From IMG/VR virus record IMGVR_UViG_3300019776_000324, positions 186,001 through 250,000 of that record: 64,000 nucleotides of DNA. One strand, written 5' to 3'. The position numbers and the translations under genes are program-made. How positions within the stretch are numbered: position 1 is the stretch's first letter; the number at the start of each line of letters is the position of its first letter. This document shows, in pieces, positions 40,655 to 50,470 of the stretch. The notes under the pieces are model-generated. The model saw only the letters and a program-made list of their open reading frames with translations. It was not told the origin of the DNA and ran no database searches.

Positions 40655-41188
40655 ATGGGCCTAACACTACCACCCGACGATCCACGCAATCCTAAAAGCA
40701 AGAAGAAATCAAATCTTGCAGATGGGCGTGACAGCTACGACTCTACATCAACTGGTAGTTTGGTTGAGTTCTTTAATCGTAATGTAACACCTTATCCTAC
40801 CGATGTGGGTGGTCCTGCTTTTGACCTTATTCCTGTGGAAAAGCAAAAGGACATCATGGTCAATGTTGCCCGTATGCATGCCAAACAGGAATACAACCGA
40901 ATTATGGAATTGGTGGAAGTACTACAGCGCCAAGCAGATGAAGTAAGAAAACGGTTAGATATTACCGATTTGGTTCATGCGGCCAAGTATTCCTTCCAGA
41001 TCTACCATGGTCAGTGCTATTGGTTGGCCATGGATCGTGCTAGAGGCGGAACCTTATTAACCCAAACTGGACCAGATGAATGGACTACAACCAAACCAGA
41101 CCATTATGAGTATGTTTGCCGTGTAAAATGGCTAGGAGATTATACCTGGATTGAAGTTGACAACAATGGCGAAAGCGTGTTAAAATAG
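40655..41188 (+). CDS. DUF2452-like protein
   Basis: PYPTDVGGPAF...AKYSFQIYHGQCYWL...GPDEW...LGDYTW. Confidence 0.55.
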   Translation: MGLTLPPDDPRNPKSKKKSNLADGRDSYDSTSTGSLVEFFNRNVTPYPTDVGGPAFDLIPVEKQKDIMVNVARMHAKQEYNRIMELVEVLQRQADEVRKRLDITDLVHAAKYSFQIYHGQCYWLAMDRARGGTLLTQTGPDEWTTTKPDHYEYVCRVKWLGDYTWIEVDNNGESVLK

Positions 41189-41408
41189 TATATGACAGGA
41201 CACAACGCATTTGGCCAATTGGTCACAGCAACAACAACAGCTCGAGTTCAATGGAACAATCACATCGCCCAGGATGATTTTGAATTATGGCAAAAAGACT
41301 ATACCTGGGAAGCCTTACATGGTCAACGCTATGGGCAAAGTTTTTGTAATAGGTTTGGTATAACAGACAACTTATTATATTACAGCACATGGCCTCCCGA
41401 GCAGATGG

Positions 41409-41654
41409 ATGATTATATACGGAAACATTATCTTGCGAGAACCTGAGTATCTATACCATTGCACCATACCGTGGCGCGATCAAAATAATCCTATGTTTTA
41501 TTGGGATACATTGTGTGCTAATGCTATAGAATTATTTGGACTTCCGGGCGATAGGTATATAACAGATATAAGCGAGAAATCAATGACATGGAGTTTTCGC
41601 AACCAACAAGACGCATTACTTTTTAAACTTAAATTCGCAGAGGCAGTATGCTAG
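41409..41654 (+). CDS. Small protein of the ...DALLFKL family
   Basis: C-terminal WSFRNQQDALLFKLKF. Confidence 0.6.
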   Translation: MIIYGNIILREPEYLYHCTIPWRDQNNPMFYWDTLCANAIELFGLPGDRYITDISEKSMTWSFRNQQDALLFKLKFAEAVC

Positions 41655-42043
41655 TAGAACGACAACTTTATTTTGCTTATGGCGCAAACATGCATCCAGG
41701 TAACATGCAATGGCGATGCCCTAATGCACTGGCTCGTGGAGCATTTGTTGTTCGAGACTGGGAGTTAAAGTTCTACAGTCATGCCACGATTGAACCTCGC
41801 AAAGGAAGAACAGTTAGTGGAGTATTGTGGGAAATTACTCCTGACTGTGAATTATCCTTAGATACCTTTGAAGGGTATCCTAGTTATTATACAAAACGCA
41901 CATGGATTCAAGATGGCGTCCAGTTTTTCTTTTACGAGATGACTGATCCTAAGAGTGGTAGACCAAGTTCTGGATATGTACAAGACATTGAAGAAAGTCA
42001 CCAATTTTGGGGAATTAAACAACCCATGGAAATATGCTCCTAA
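41648..42043 (+). CDS. Gamma-glutamylcyclotransferase (AIG2-like) family
   Basis: YFAYGANM..M..RCP, ATIEP, VSGVLWEI, LDTFEGYP..Y. Confidence 0.85.
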   Translation: MLVERQLYFAYGANMHPGNMQWRCPNALARGAFVVRDWELKFYSHATIEPRKGRTVSGVLWEITPDCELSLDTFEGYPSYYTKRTWIQDGVQFFFYEMTDPKSGRPSSGYVQDIEESHQFWGIKQPMEICS

Positions 42044-42270
42044 ACAGTCCTGTAGAGTGGTCAAGAGACAAAACAAGTTTTAATCATGCCAAAGAAATTA
42101 GCAAGGCATTTGGCGAAGTAGAACATGTATTAGATTGGTGTAAAAGTGAATTAGCTAATGAATGGCGCTGGCAGTTAGTTGATGTGTCAAGCGATCGTAG
42201 ACCCGGTCGTTACATATTTTATTTTGACGACGAGCGTGATTACCTAGCATTTGTAATGAAATGGGCGTAA
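42034..42270 (+). CDS. Small protein of the ...DxxxFxxxW family
   Basis: VLDWCK...W...YIFYFDDERDYLAFVMKW. Confidence 0.6.
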   Translation: MLLNSPVEWSRDKTSFNHAKEISKAFGEVEHVLDWCKSELANEWRWQLVDVSSDRRPGRYIFYFDDERDYLAFVMKWA

Positions 42271-43020
42271 ATGAAGGTAGATAATTTTGTAGTATTAGAC
42301 AGCGTGTATGGCAAGTTCATTGTACCACGCACTTGTTTGTTTCAAGCAGAATCTCTCGTCAAGACTGGTCGTACACATATCGAGGATGAACTAAACAATA
42401 TATTTGCTATTGTTGGAACATTACCTGCTGGATCGATCATTGTTGATGGTGGATGCAACGCCGGGTTCTTTACAATTCCTGTGGCACACATGACGCAGAA
42501 TCGTGACATAAGAATCATCAGCTTTGAACCACAGCGTCAGTTATTTCAGGCAGTAGGCGGCAGTCTTGCACTCAACGGATACCAGCATGTTTACCTACAC
42601 AATGTTGGTCTTGGTACAGAACCCGGAATAGCTCAACTGCCGGCAATTGACTACAGCGTAGCTCAGGACTTTGGCACTGTACAACTTAGCGACGATACCA
42701 CAGTAGAAGAAGATGGCTGGTTAAACGATCGTGTGGTAGACATAACCAGTATTGACGCTATGGATCTACCCAGTTTAGAATTTTTTAAATTGGATGTAGA
42801 AGGATACGAAGTTCCAGCACTGCAAGGATCAATTAACACTATACAAAAATACAGACCTTGGATATGGGTCGAGTACTTTATTACTGGTGCAGAAACGATC
42901 AAAGCGGCACTCAGTGATATAGATGACTATGAATTCTTTATAGTAGACTACCAAAATATGCTGTGTGCTCCTAAGGAAAAACTGGCTCAAATTACCACTG
43001 TAGGGCTGAAAAAAGTATAG
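42271..43020 (+). CDS. FkbM-family SAM methyltransferase
   Basis: VDGGCNAGFF, SFEPQ, KLDVEGYE. Confidence 0.88.
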   Translation: MKVDNFVVLDSVYGKFIVPRTCLFQAESLVKTGRTHIEDELNNIFAIVGTLPAGSIIVDGGCNAGFFTIPVAHMTQNRDIRIISFEPQRQLFQAVGGSLALNGYQHVYLHNVGLGTEPGIAQLPAIDYSVAQDFGTVQLSDDTTVEEDGWLNDRVVDITSIDAMDLPSLEFFKLDVEGYEVPALQGSINTIQKYRPWIWVEYFITGAETIKAALSDIDDYEFFIVDYQNMLCAPKEKLAQITTVGLKKV

Positions 43021-43078
43021 GTTGACCAGAAATTACCCTTTTAGTATAATAGTAGTATAGTAACTAATAGGGGTTGTA

Positions 43079-43606
43079 ATGACAAATCGTGCATGGATTG
43101 CCACTGGTTGTGTATTATTGCTTATTTTACTGTTTCGACAAGAAGCTCGAATGGATATGCTAGAAGAAAAACTTGACGATATTATTCAAGTCAAGGAACA
43201 AGTCAAATACAATAAAAATGATGTTGAATGTTTGACTCGAAATATCTATTACGAAGCTCGTGGCGAAGACGATCGTGGTCGAATGGCTGTAGCCCATGTT
43301 ACTATTAATCGATTAAAAACTGGATACTGGGGTAACACGATTTGCAAAGTGGTCTATGCTAAGAAACAATTTAGTTGGACACTAGCAAAGAAATTGCCCA
43401 GACCTGACAGTCGAGTTTGGGCAGAGAGTGAAGAAGTAGCTCGAAAGGTACTAGCAGGACATCGTGTTCGTGGGTTGGCAAAAAGTTTGTACTATCATGC
43501 AACCTACATCAAAGATCCAAAATGGGCTGATACTGATCACGAAGTAGGTCAGATTGGTAACCATGTTTTTTACAATCGTGCAAAAGGTAGTAATTTAGAA
43601 ATCTAA
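43079..43606 (+). CDS. Cell wall hydrolase (SleB/Hydrolase_2), membrane-anchored
   Basis: CLTRNIYYEARGE...AVAHVTINR...QFSW...YYHA...IGNHVFY. Confidence 0.9.
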   Translation: MTNRAWIATGCVLLLILLFRQEARMDMLEEKLDDIIQVKEQVKYNKNDVECLTRNIYYEARGEDDRGRMAVAHVTINRLKTGYWGNTICKVVYAKKQFSWTLAKKLPRPDSRVWAESEEVARKVLAGHRVRGLAKSLYYHATYIKDPKWADTDHEVGQIGNHVFYNRAKGSNLEI

Positions 43607-43615
43607 GGAGAGACA

Positions 43616-45123
43616 ATGAAATCATATCGTTTTTTAGGTGAAGAAGCAGAAGCATTGGGTAACCGTCTGGACCATGCTCGTAAATGTGCCACTGGCGCAA
43701 AGACCGCTTGGGCAAAGAATTACTGGCAACGAAATGTAGAACGGTTATTGTTTCAATGGCGTCAATTACCTATTCTACACGACGGCGGCGCACAGATGAC
43801 TATCATTCCTAAATGGATGGTCAGTTACGATTTTTATGAAAAGTCTGGTGCTCATGAATATACTGGCATTACTGAACGAGCATATGACAAGTTATTTAGA
43901 GAAAGTGCCAACTTGGATGCAAGTTGGGAAAATCATAGATCAGCAAGATTAGCAAAGGCACAATAATGGCAATAATTTACAAAGATAAACACGGCAAGTT
44001 CTTTTATGTACAAGAGCGTTATTCGGTTGACCAAAAAGACTGGATCCGTTATACTAATACTATGGGTGAGGAATTTACTTGCCTTAAAGACGCATTTGAT
44101 GAACGATTTACTCCACAGGAGCAATAAATGACTGAAGAACGCTTGATGGTAGCAGAAGCTGTAATGGCCGGCCAGATTCCAGAATATCACTTGACACAAG
44201 ATGAAATTGATGAGCTGTTTGAACGATGCTGTGACCTGGCCACAGAAAAGTTAATGGCAGAAGCTGAAGAGCGTGGTTGCTCAGTGTTCTACGGCGTTGA
44301 GGGCGATACAGTACAATAATGTCCGACATCAAGTTCAAACGATTCTCTGCAGATAAACAGGAACAAATTCAACAATTTGTTGCTTATGCACAGATGTGCG
44401 GTTTGTCTGGCAAGGATATCCGTAGCATCGGCGATAAGCTGGATCGTGATCGTAAGGCTGAAGAGCGCCGTCAAAACTTGGAAATAGTTCAAGGCTTTGA
44501 ATGTTTACCCATCGGCGACGACAAGCGTTATAAGAATCATGGTGTAGGTTATTTTAACCAAATCTTAGATCGCAGATTCAAACTTAAAACTGCCCGCGGC
44601 CCTTACAACTTCAAACAAGATTACAACGGTTGGGAAATTAAAAGTTTAGAGACTGGCACAATTAAACGGCATCGTGTTGAAGTTTATGATTATCAACTTT
44701 CTGAAAGCAGTGGCTGGGAACGCAGAATGCGATATGCAGTATTGCTTGATATTTCATTTGGTAAATTGAAGTTAGATTTTTAACATGGATCACCAATTTA
44801 TTGTCATGTGGTGCAACGAAGGCTTGGAGTATGTGGCTGACATTACTGCTGATCAACAGCGTGTGGTGTGGGAAAACTTACAAGGTCACGAAAGTCCAAG
44901 ACATGCGTATGCCAATCCTTTCCATCTTAGATTGCGGGCACAACTTAACTTGGACCGACATTATGAGATATATATTGTTGATGGTGCAGAAGGTATAACG
45001 GAACAAGAAATTAAAAATATGTTTCGCTATGATCCACAAGGATCTGCAGATTTAATACGCAGTAAAGGTATTTGTTTTTACAGTAATCGACGAGATACAA
45101 CTCAACAATCGGTTATTGTCTAG
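43616..45123 (+). other. Hypothetical early ORFs (43616-43966, 44128-44319, 44319-44783, 44785-45123)
   Basis: SD-preceded ORFs; early promoter at 44027. Confidence 0.6.
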
Positions 45124-45129
45124 TTTTCG

Positions 45130-45352
45130 AACGCCGGGTGATACCGGCTAGTGCGACCCGCACGATAACTGGTCTTATCAACCGGGGGTGGTCCCAGTCT
45201 AACCCTAACTGGCGCTGGCAATGCGATAACGAGCCCTGTCGAGCAGCGGATGAGGCCTTGCGTAGTGTGACTGACACTGATCGGTGAACTCACAGTAACA
45301 GTAAGAATAGCTGTTGCAATGCTAAGGATATAAAGGACCGCCGGGGGCTGAA
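45130..45352 (+). ncRNA. Candidate structured non-coding RNA of unknown family
   Basis: GC-rich intergenic island with successive hairpins (45133-48, 45151-63, 45164-79, 45194-212) and a nested domain closed by 45232-37/45344-49 and 45246-49/45338-41; strand assumed. Confidence 0.55.
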
Positions 45353-45420
45353 GAGCATTTTGGTTGACGGACACAAGTATTTTTGCTATACTATAGCTCT
45401 TAATAACTTTTAAGGTGACA

Positions 45421-45873
45421 ATGAGACCAATTTGCGTAAACCTAGGATGTAACAAATTTGCCGTGCCTGTGCGCGGCCGTGTTGGCGAACCTGGAGTTAG
45501 GTATCGTGTGTTTTGTGGCGATTGCCATATTAGTAGCTACAGCCAAACACCGTTGCGTCCCGGAGTTACACCATTTAAGAAGAATCAATGTAGTAATTTA
45601 GATGGTCGTTTGGGATTTCCGTGTATTACTGATCACAGCAAGTTTGATCAAGTCAGTACCAAAGGCAAATTTGAAATCGATCACATAGATAGAGATCCTA
45701 ACAACAATGACCCTGCCAATTTACAAGAATTATGTATGCACTGTCACAAAGAAAAGGGCATGCGACAGGGCGACTTTGACAGGCACAAAAAAAAAGGTGA
45801 AATAACTATTTCGGGCAGACGCTTGAGATGGTCAAGTAAAATTATGTTTAACGAATTATTTGATGAAGCATAG
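45421..45873 (+). CDS. HNH endonuclease with Cys (Zn) motifs
   Basis: EIDHIDRDPNNNDPANLQELCMHCHKEK; own promoter TTGACG-17-TATACT. Confidence 0.85.
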   Translation: MRPICVNLGCNKFAVPVRGRVGEPGVRYRVFCGDCHISSYSQTPLRPGVTPFKKNQCSNLDGRLGFPCITDHSKFDQVSTKGKFEIDHIDRDPNNNDPANLQELCMHCHKEKGMRQGDFDRHKKKGEITISGRRLRWSSKIMFNELFDEA

Positions 45874-45894
45874 TATAGTGTGTTATAATAAACA

Positions 45895-46467
45895 ATGGCA
45901 AAATATCTAGACCCAGCAATCCTAAAAGAACTCGACGAATACCGAAAGCGTATTTTTAAAGAGCGTGAAGAAATTTATCGCAAGCACAAAATTGATGTGC
46001 TTGACACAGACACGCTGAGTTCCTTATCAGTTTACGAAATCGTCAGTCAATACGACGCCGACTATAATATTAACTTTGCTAGAAATGGCGAAGATGCAAA
46101 ATCTCAAGGTGTGCTAATTGAACAAAAATGCAGTCGTGTTGAACGACGCAAGCGATTAGGCACTTACCCAGATGCACTGTATCAATTTCATGCCATGGGC
46201 GATCTAATATATCCAAGATATATCTTAGTAAGTCGAGACAAAACCACATTAGAACTAGTTAGGATTTACGATATCAGTGCTCCTAAAAATATCAAGGTAG
46301 TTCAAGACTGTTTAATGGGCGAGCGCCAGGCTTGGGAAGATCGTTGTGCCATTGATAAAAAATATATGAAACGAGATGTAATTGGTATTCCTGAATCTGT
46401 ACTCAAAGACAATTTAAAAATTACAAAAACATTAACCGTTAACAATTGTGAAGTAACTATTGCTTGA
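45895..46467 (+). CDS. Putative PD-(D/E)xK restriction-endonuclease-like protein
   Basis: GEDAK....IEQKCS motif; adjacent to a methyltransferase. Confidence 0.45.
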   Translation: MAKYLDPAILKELDEYRKRIFKEREEIYRKHKIDVLDTDTLSSLSVYEIVSQYDADYNINFARNGEDAKSQGVLIEQKCSRVERRKRLGTYPDALYQFHAMGDLIYPRYILVSRDKTTLELVRIYDISAPKNIKVVQDCLMGERQAWEDRCAIDKKYMKRDVIGIPESVLKDNLKITKTLTVNNCEVTIA

Positions 46468-46479
46468 TATAAATACGTG

Positions 46480-47727
46480 ATGATATATACCCGGCAACAA
46501 TTTTTAAAACAGTTTAAACTAAACAAAAATATTAGTTATACAGACTTTTGCTCAAAGATTGCTGTTCTCAACGGCAGTGATACTTCTGGGCAATTTGTTA
46601 CTCGCAGTGACTTGGATACCTTTGTTAAGAAGAACGCAACCAAAGACAATCGTGTCAGTAGGCTAGACGATTACAAGAAGAAACTGTACCAAGTGCTGGT
46701 TACAGATGCAGATGAAGCACTAGGACAGTGGTTTGACCGTACTGCTGCTATCTCTGAAAATATTGATTATTATTTTCAACTTCCAAATGCCAGCATACTT
46801 GAAGACAAGACATTTGCTGGGCGCACACATTCCAAGTATGGTCGCTTGTGTAAGAATATAAACTTTGAGCAGTTCTTCAACACACGCAAACTATACTCCA
46901 ATGACTTTGAATATACATTTGGCTTGATGCGAGCCATGTTTGAAGATTTTAAAATTCGTAATAGTTTGGTTGGCCCTGCTATGTTTGATCATATATGCCG
47001 TATAGAAGATCGTAACTACGGGCAGTTCTGGACTGACTTTATGATGGGGTGTAATCGTGCAAGCGTATTCAATCCTGTAACATATCGTGGCATACTAGAT
47101 GAACTATTGCCAGGAGAAACATTGTTTGCACCTGTTATGGGTTGGAATAGCTATCAGCTGGCATTTTATAACAGTCACTTTAAACATTTTGTAGCTACTG
47201 ATGTGATTCCAGAAGTAGTCAACAATGGAAAGAAATTACACCAAGAGTGGTTAGCGTATAAAGATCGCAGTTTATTTGAACTAGAGGACAAGACTGTTAA
47301 GTTATATTGTTCGCCCAGCGAAGAGCTAGCAAAGGGCACAGACTTTGTGGCTATGTATCAAGGTCAAGTTGATGCGGTGTTGTTTAGTCCACCATACTTT
47401 GACTTAGAGATATATCCCAGTGCTGACCAAAGTTTTACTAACTATCCCAACTATCAAGATTGGTTATTGAACTATTGGGAAGCTACAGTTAAGACAGCTA
47501 AACAAGTTCTCAAACCTGGCGGCCGCTTTGCTTTTGTAATTAGTAACTATCGTAACAAGGCCAAACAAGAAGTCGCTATTAGCCAAGACATGCGAGATAT
47601 AGTTGAATTACATTTAGGTAAACCTACACACTATAAAGTACAGTGGTCTGCTATTGCTGGAGGTCGACAAGCTATGAAAACTAGAGATGGTAATTTTGAA
47701 GATCTCTGGTTATTTGAAAAGGATTAA
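46480..47727 (+). CDS. DNA amino-methyltransferase (N4-C/N6-A type)
   Basis: Degenerate motif I FAPVMGWNS, ATDV, catalytic SPPYF, LKPGG. Confidence 0.75.
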   Translation: MIYTRQQFLKQFKLNKNISYTDFCSKIAVLNGSDTSGQFVTRSDLDTFVKKNATKDNRVSRLDDYKKKLYQVLVTDADEALGQWFDRTAAISENIDYYFQLPNASILEDKTFAGRTHSKYGRLCKNINFEQFFNTRKLYSNDFEYTFGLMRAMFEDFKIRNSLVGPAMFDHICRIEDRNYGQFWTDFMMGCNRASVFNPVTYRGILDELLPGETLFAPVMGWNSYQLAFYNSHFKHFVATDVIPEVVNNGKKLHQEWLAYKDRSLFELEDKTVKLYCSPSEELAKGTDFVAMYQGQVDAVLFSPPYFDLEIYPSADQSFTNYPNYQDWLLNYWEATVKTAKQVLKPGGRFAFVISNYRNKAKQEVAISQDMRDIVELHLGKPTHYKVQWSAIAGGRQAMKTRDGNFEDLWLFEKD

Positions 47728-47728
47728 C

Positions 47729-48775
47729 ATGAATTACTTAGACGAAATTCGAGCTCGATATGATATCAAGGACTATGTAGAAAGTCCTGTAACTATACCA
47801 GAGCTACCTACAGATGGCATTGTACTAATTGTTGGCACAAGTGGGTCAGGAAAAACTACAATATTAAAAACAGTAGACAACCCAAAACCTATTGTGATTG
47901 ATCACGCTAAAACTGTCATTGAAAACTTCTCTACTCCTGAGCAGGGTGAAGAACTGTTACTGGCTTGCGGGCTAAGAACTATTCCTGCTTGGTTCCGTGC
48001 TCCTAATACTTTAAGCAATGGTGAGTTTCATAGATTTGAAATTGCTGTAGGCTTAGATCAAGGACACACAATCATTGATGAGTTTACAAGTGTTGTTGAC
48101 CGTGACACTGCTAAAAGTCTTGCTTATAGTGTTCGCAAGTATTTTGACCGTAATCCTGGTGTGTTGTATATTGCATCATGTCACAGAGATATCATTGACT
48201 GGTTAGATCCAGAATGGGTGTACGATACCGACTTACAGGTATTAGAAAACCGGAGGTCACCCTTTCGTCTGGGACGACGACCCGACATTACCCTTACCAT
48301 CAGAAGCACAGGTCCGCAGTATTGGGATATGTTCAAAAAGTATCACTATCTCGACACAAACATGAGTCGTAGTGGTCACTATTATGTTGGCCTTATTGGA
48401 GATAAACCTGTGGCATTTCACGCAGTATTACATTCGACCAACAGAGATATTCATAGTTACTGGCGTGGACATCGCACAGTTGTACTACCTGAGTTTCAAG
48501 GCATGGGAATAGGCACAGCATTTAGCGATGCTATTGCTCAGATCTATGTAGACAAGGGCTTAAGATATTTCTCTAAAACAGCACATCCTAGCTTTGGTGA
48601 ACACCGCGAAAAGTCTGACCTATGGCGTCCAACCAGCACTAACAAGAAAAGTCGTTTAGGTAGCTATCTACTTAAAGACGGTTCAGCTCGTAAGATGCCC
48701 GGCTACGGTGGAACTACTACAGCCCGAGATGCTGGTCGTATTTGCTACAGTCACGAATATATTGGCCAAAAGTGA
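47729..48775 (+). CDS. ABC-type ATPase fused to a GNAT acetyltransferase
   Basis: Walker A GTSGSGKTT, signature LSNGE, Walker B IIDEFTSVVDR, H-loop SCH; GNAT RTVVLPEFQGMGIG. Confidence 0.85.
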   Translation: MNYLDEIRARYDIKDYVESPVTIPELPTDGIVLIVGTSGSGKTTILKTVDNPKPIVIDHAKTVIENFSTPEQGEELLLACGLRTIPAWFRAPNTLSNGEFHRFEIAVGLDQGHTIIDEFTSVVDRDTAKSLAYSVRKYFDRNPGVLYIASCHRDIIDWLDPEWVYDTDLQVLENRRSPFRLGRRPDITLTIRSTGPQYWDMFKKYHYLDTNMSRSGHYYVGLIGDKPVAFHAVLHSTNRDIHSYWRGHRTVVLPEFQGMGIGTAFSDAIAQIYVDKGLRYFSKTAHPSFGEHREKSDLWRPTSTNKKSRLGSYLLKDGSARKMPGYGGTTTARDAGRICYSHEYIGQK

Positions 48776-48776
48776 T

Positions 48777-49700
48777 ATGGAAAAACTTGAATATGGACTA
48801 TCCAGTGTCGGACTAGGAACCAATATTGGTTTCATGTCGGCGTTGATTGACGCAGGAATTCCAAGTTGCATTTATGTTGATGATCAAAATCATCTCATGT
48901 TCAAGTTAAAACGCATTTTTAACATAAGCGACGATGTATTGGATGTGGTGTTTGATCCAGACTACAATAACAACATAACTGACCAACTGGGCGATCAACT
49001 AAAATATTTTAGTCCGTATTTTGATGTAGATTCAATTAACGCATTTGATCAGCAGTTCTCAATTAACAAACAAAACAAGCCAGCTATTGGCCTAGCAATG
49101 TTTCATCGCAGTAACCCTGGGGAAAACATAGATAACCGGTATCCTCACAGCAAGTTATACTCCAGAGAAGTATATGCCAACATTTTTAATCTAATTGTTG
49201 CCAGCGGATATGATGTAATTACATTCAACAGTGAAAACATAGATATCGAACACAAAGTTTGGCAACTCAACGAACTATGCGAGTGCGTTATTGGATATGA
49301 AGGCGGAATTGCTCATATTGCACACTTATTAAAAATACCAAGTATTGTTCTTCCGTATCATCATTGTGGAGATGGTGTCAGACCCTTATGGGCCGACAGT
49401 GGCATACTGGATGTTAACCTATTACATGCTCCTCAACTGTTACACATAGATCGTAGAACTTATTTTTTAAGTTCCCCAAGAGAAATTGTCAATTGGTCTC
49501 CTGATCAACTCAAACAAAAAATTCAAGACTTGCACGATCAAAAAGGAAACAATGTATTATTTGGCGCAGGAGTTACTGTAAAGAATGACACATTACAAGT
49601 GTTTACTGATGTTCCTGGGTTAGAAACAATGTCACCGTGGTTATCTACTTTTGAATTTGAGTTTGTAACAAACTATATTAAAGGTCGCACATTTGTCTAA
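48777..49700 (+). CDS. Glycosyltransferase family 9-like protein
   Basis: VIGYEGGIAHIAHLLKIPSIVL resembles GT9 xIGxDSGxxHxAxAxxxP. Confidence 0.55.
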   Translation: MEKLEYGLSSVGLGTNIGFMSALIDAGIPSCIYVDDQNHLMFKLKRIFNISDDVLDVVFDPDYNNNITDQLGDQLKYFSPYFDVDSINAFDQQFSINKQNKPAIGLAMFHRSNPGENIDNRYPHSKLYSREVYANIFNLIVASGYDVITFNSENIDIEHKVWQLNELCECVIGYEGGIAHIAHLLKIPSIVLPYHHCGDGVRPLWADSGILDVNLLHAPQLLHIDRRTYFLSSPREIVNWSPDQLKQKIQDLHDQKGNNVLFGAGVTVKNDTLQVFTDVPGLETMSPWLSTFEFEFVTNYIKGRTFV

Positions 49701-50445
49701 ACAATTACATGCGTTTGGTGATAGTTTTATTGTAGGGGACCAAGATGATTTTTTGCACGAAGTCCCTACTGCTACTCACGGCATGCCTTGGGACCAAAGA
49801 CTTGAATATTTAAAAACACAAGTAAGTTTTGTTTCAATACTGGCCAAACACTACGGATATGATTTAACAAATTATGCCGAGCGTGGCACGGGTAACTATC
49901 CGCAGATTGATCGCTTATGGACAAATTTAATCAACGGTAATATTAAACCAGGCGACTTGGTTTTGTTTGGAATCACTACTACTATTAGAGATCGATTCAT
50001 GTTGCATGAAGTTGATAGATGCACTAGTGATAAATTTGGTGCGTTTATGGTTGATAGGAACCTGTTGGATAAGAACAGTGATCGCCAGCGACTGTTAGAA
50101 CTTGATTATTTTTATATTCTTAGTTTGCTGGATCAGTTGAGCAAAAAGTTTAATGTTAGAATTATCAAGTTCAATCTGTTTGACAATTCGTTAGATCATG
50201 CCAACTCCAAAATAACTGATGTATGTCAAGTTGACGACTTTGTGGGCTGGGCAACTCCAGGCAATACTTTGGTTGATATTCTTAACGATTCCTGGGGACA
50301 GGGTGTATTTTATACCTTTGCACACGAAGAAATAAAAATACCAACAGGATACGAATACTTGTACACAGCTAAAAAACATCCTAGCATTGAAGGACATAAA
50401 AAGATTGCCGATTGGTGGATTTTGAACAATATTGTGTCAACTTAA
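49693..50445 (+). CDS. SGNH/GDSL hydrolase-like protein
   Basis: AFGDSF, G.GN and HPSIEGHKKIA blocks. Confidence 0.7.
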   Translation: MSKQLHAFGDSFIVGDQDDFLHEVPTATHGMPWDQRLEYLKTQVSFVSILAKHYGYDLTNYAERGTGNYPQIDRLWTNLINGNIKPGDLVLFGITTTIRDRFMLHEVDRCTSDKFGAFMVDRNLLDKNSDRQRLLELDYFYILSLLDQLSKKFNVRIIKFNLFDNSLDHANSKITDVCQVDDFVGWATPGNTLVDILNDSWGQGVFYTFAHEEIKIPTGYEYLYTAKKHPSIEGHKKIADWWILNNIVST

Positions 50446-50470
50446 TACCTAGCTTGTGCGTTAATATAGT

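Noticed and set aside
45343-45370. GGGGGCTGA...TTGACGG resembling a tmRNA 5' end
   Set aside because: No T-arm/CCA 3' end or tag ORF found; the TTGACG is better explained as the HNH promoter -35
45120-45455. 111-aa minus-strand ORF over the GC-rich island
   Set aside because: Opposes the local gene direction, overlaps a promoter and the HNH start, and lacks motifs; a structured RNA explains the composition better
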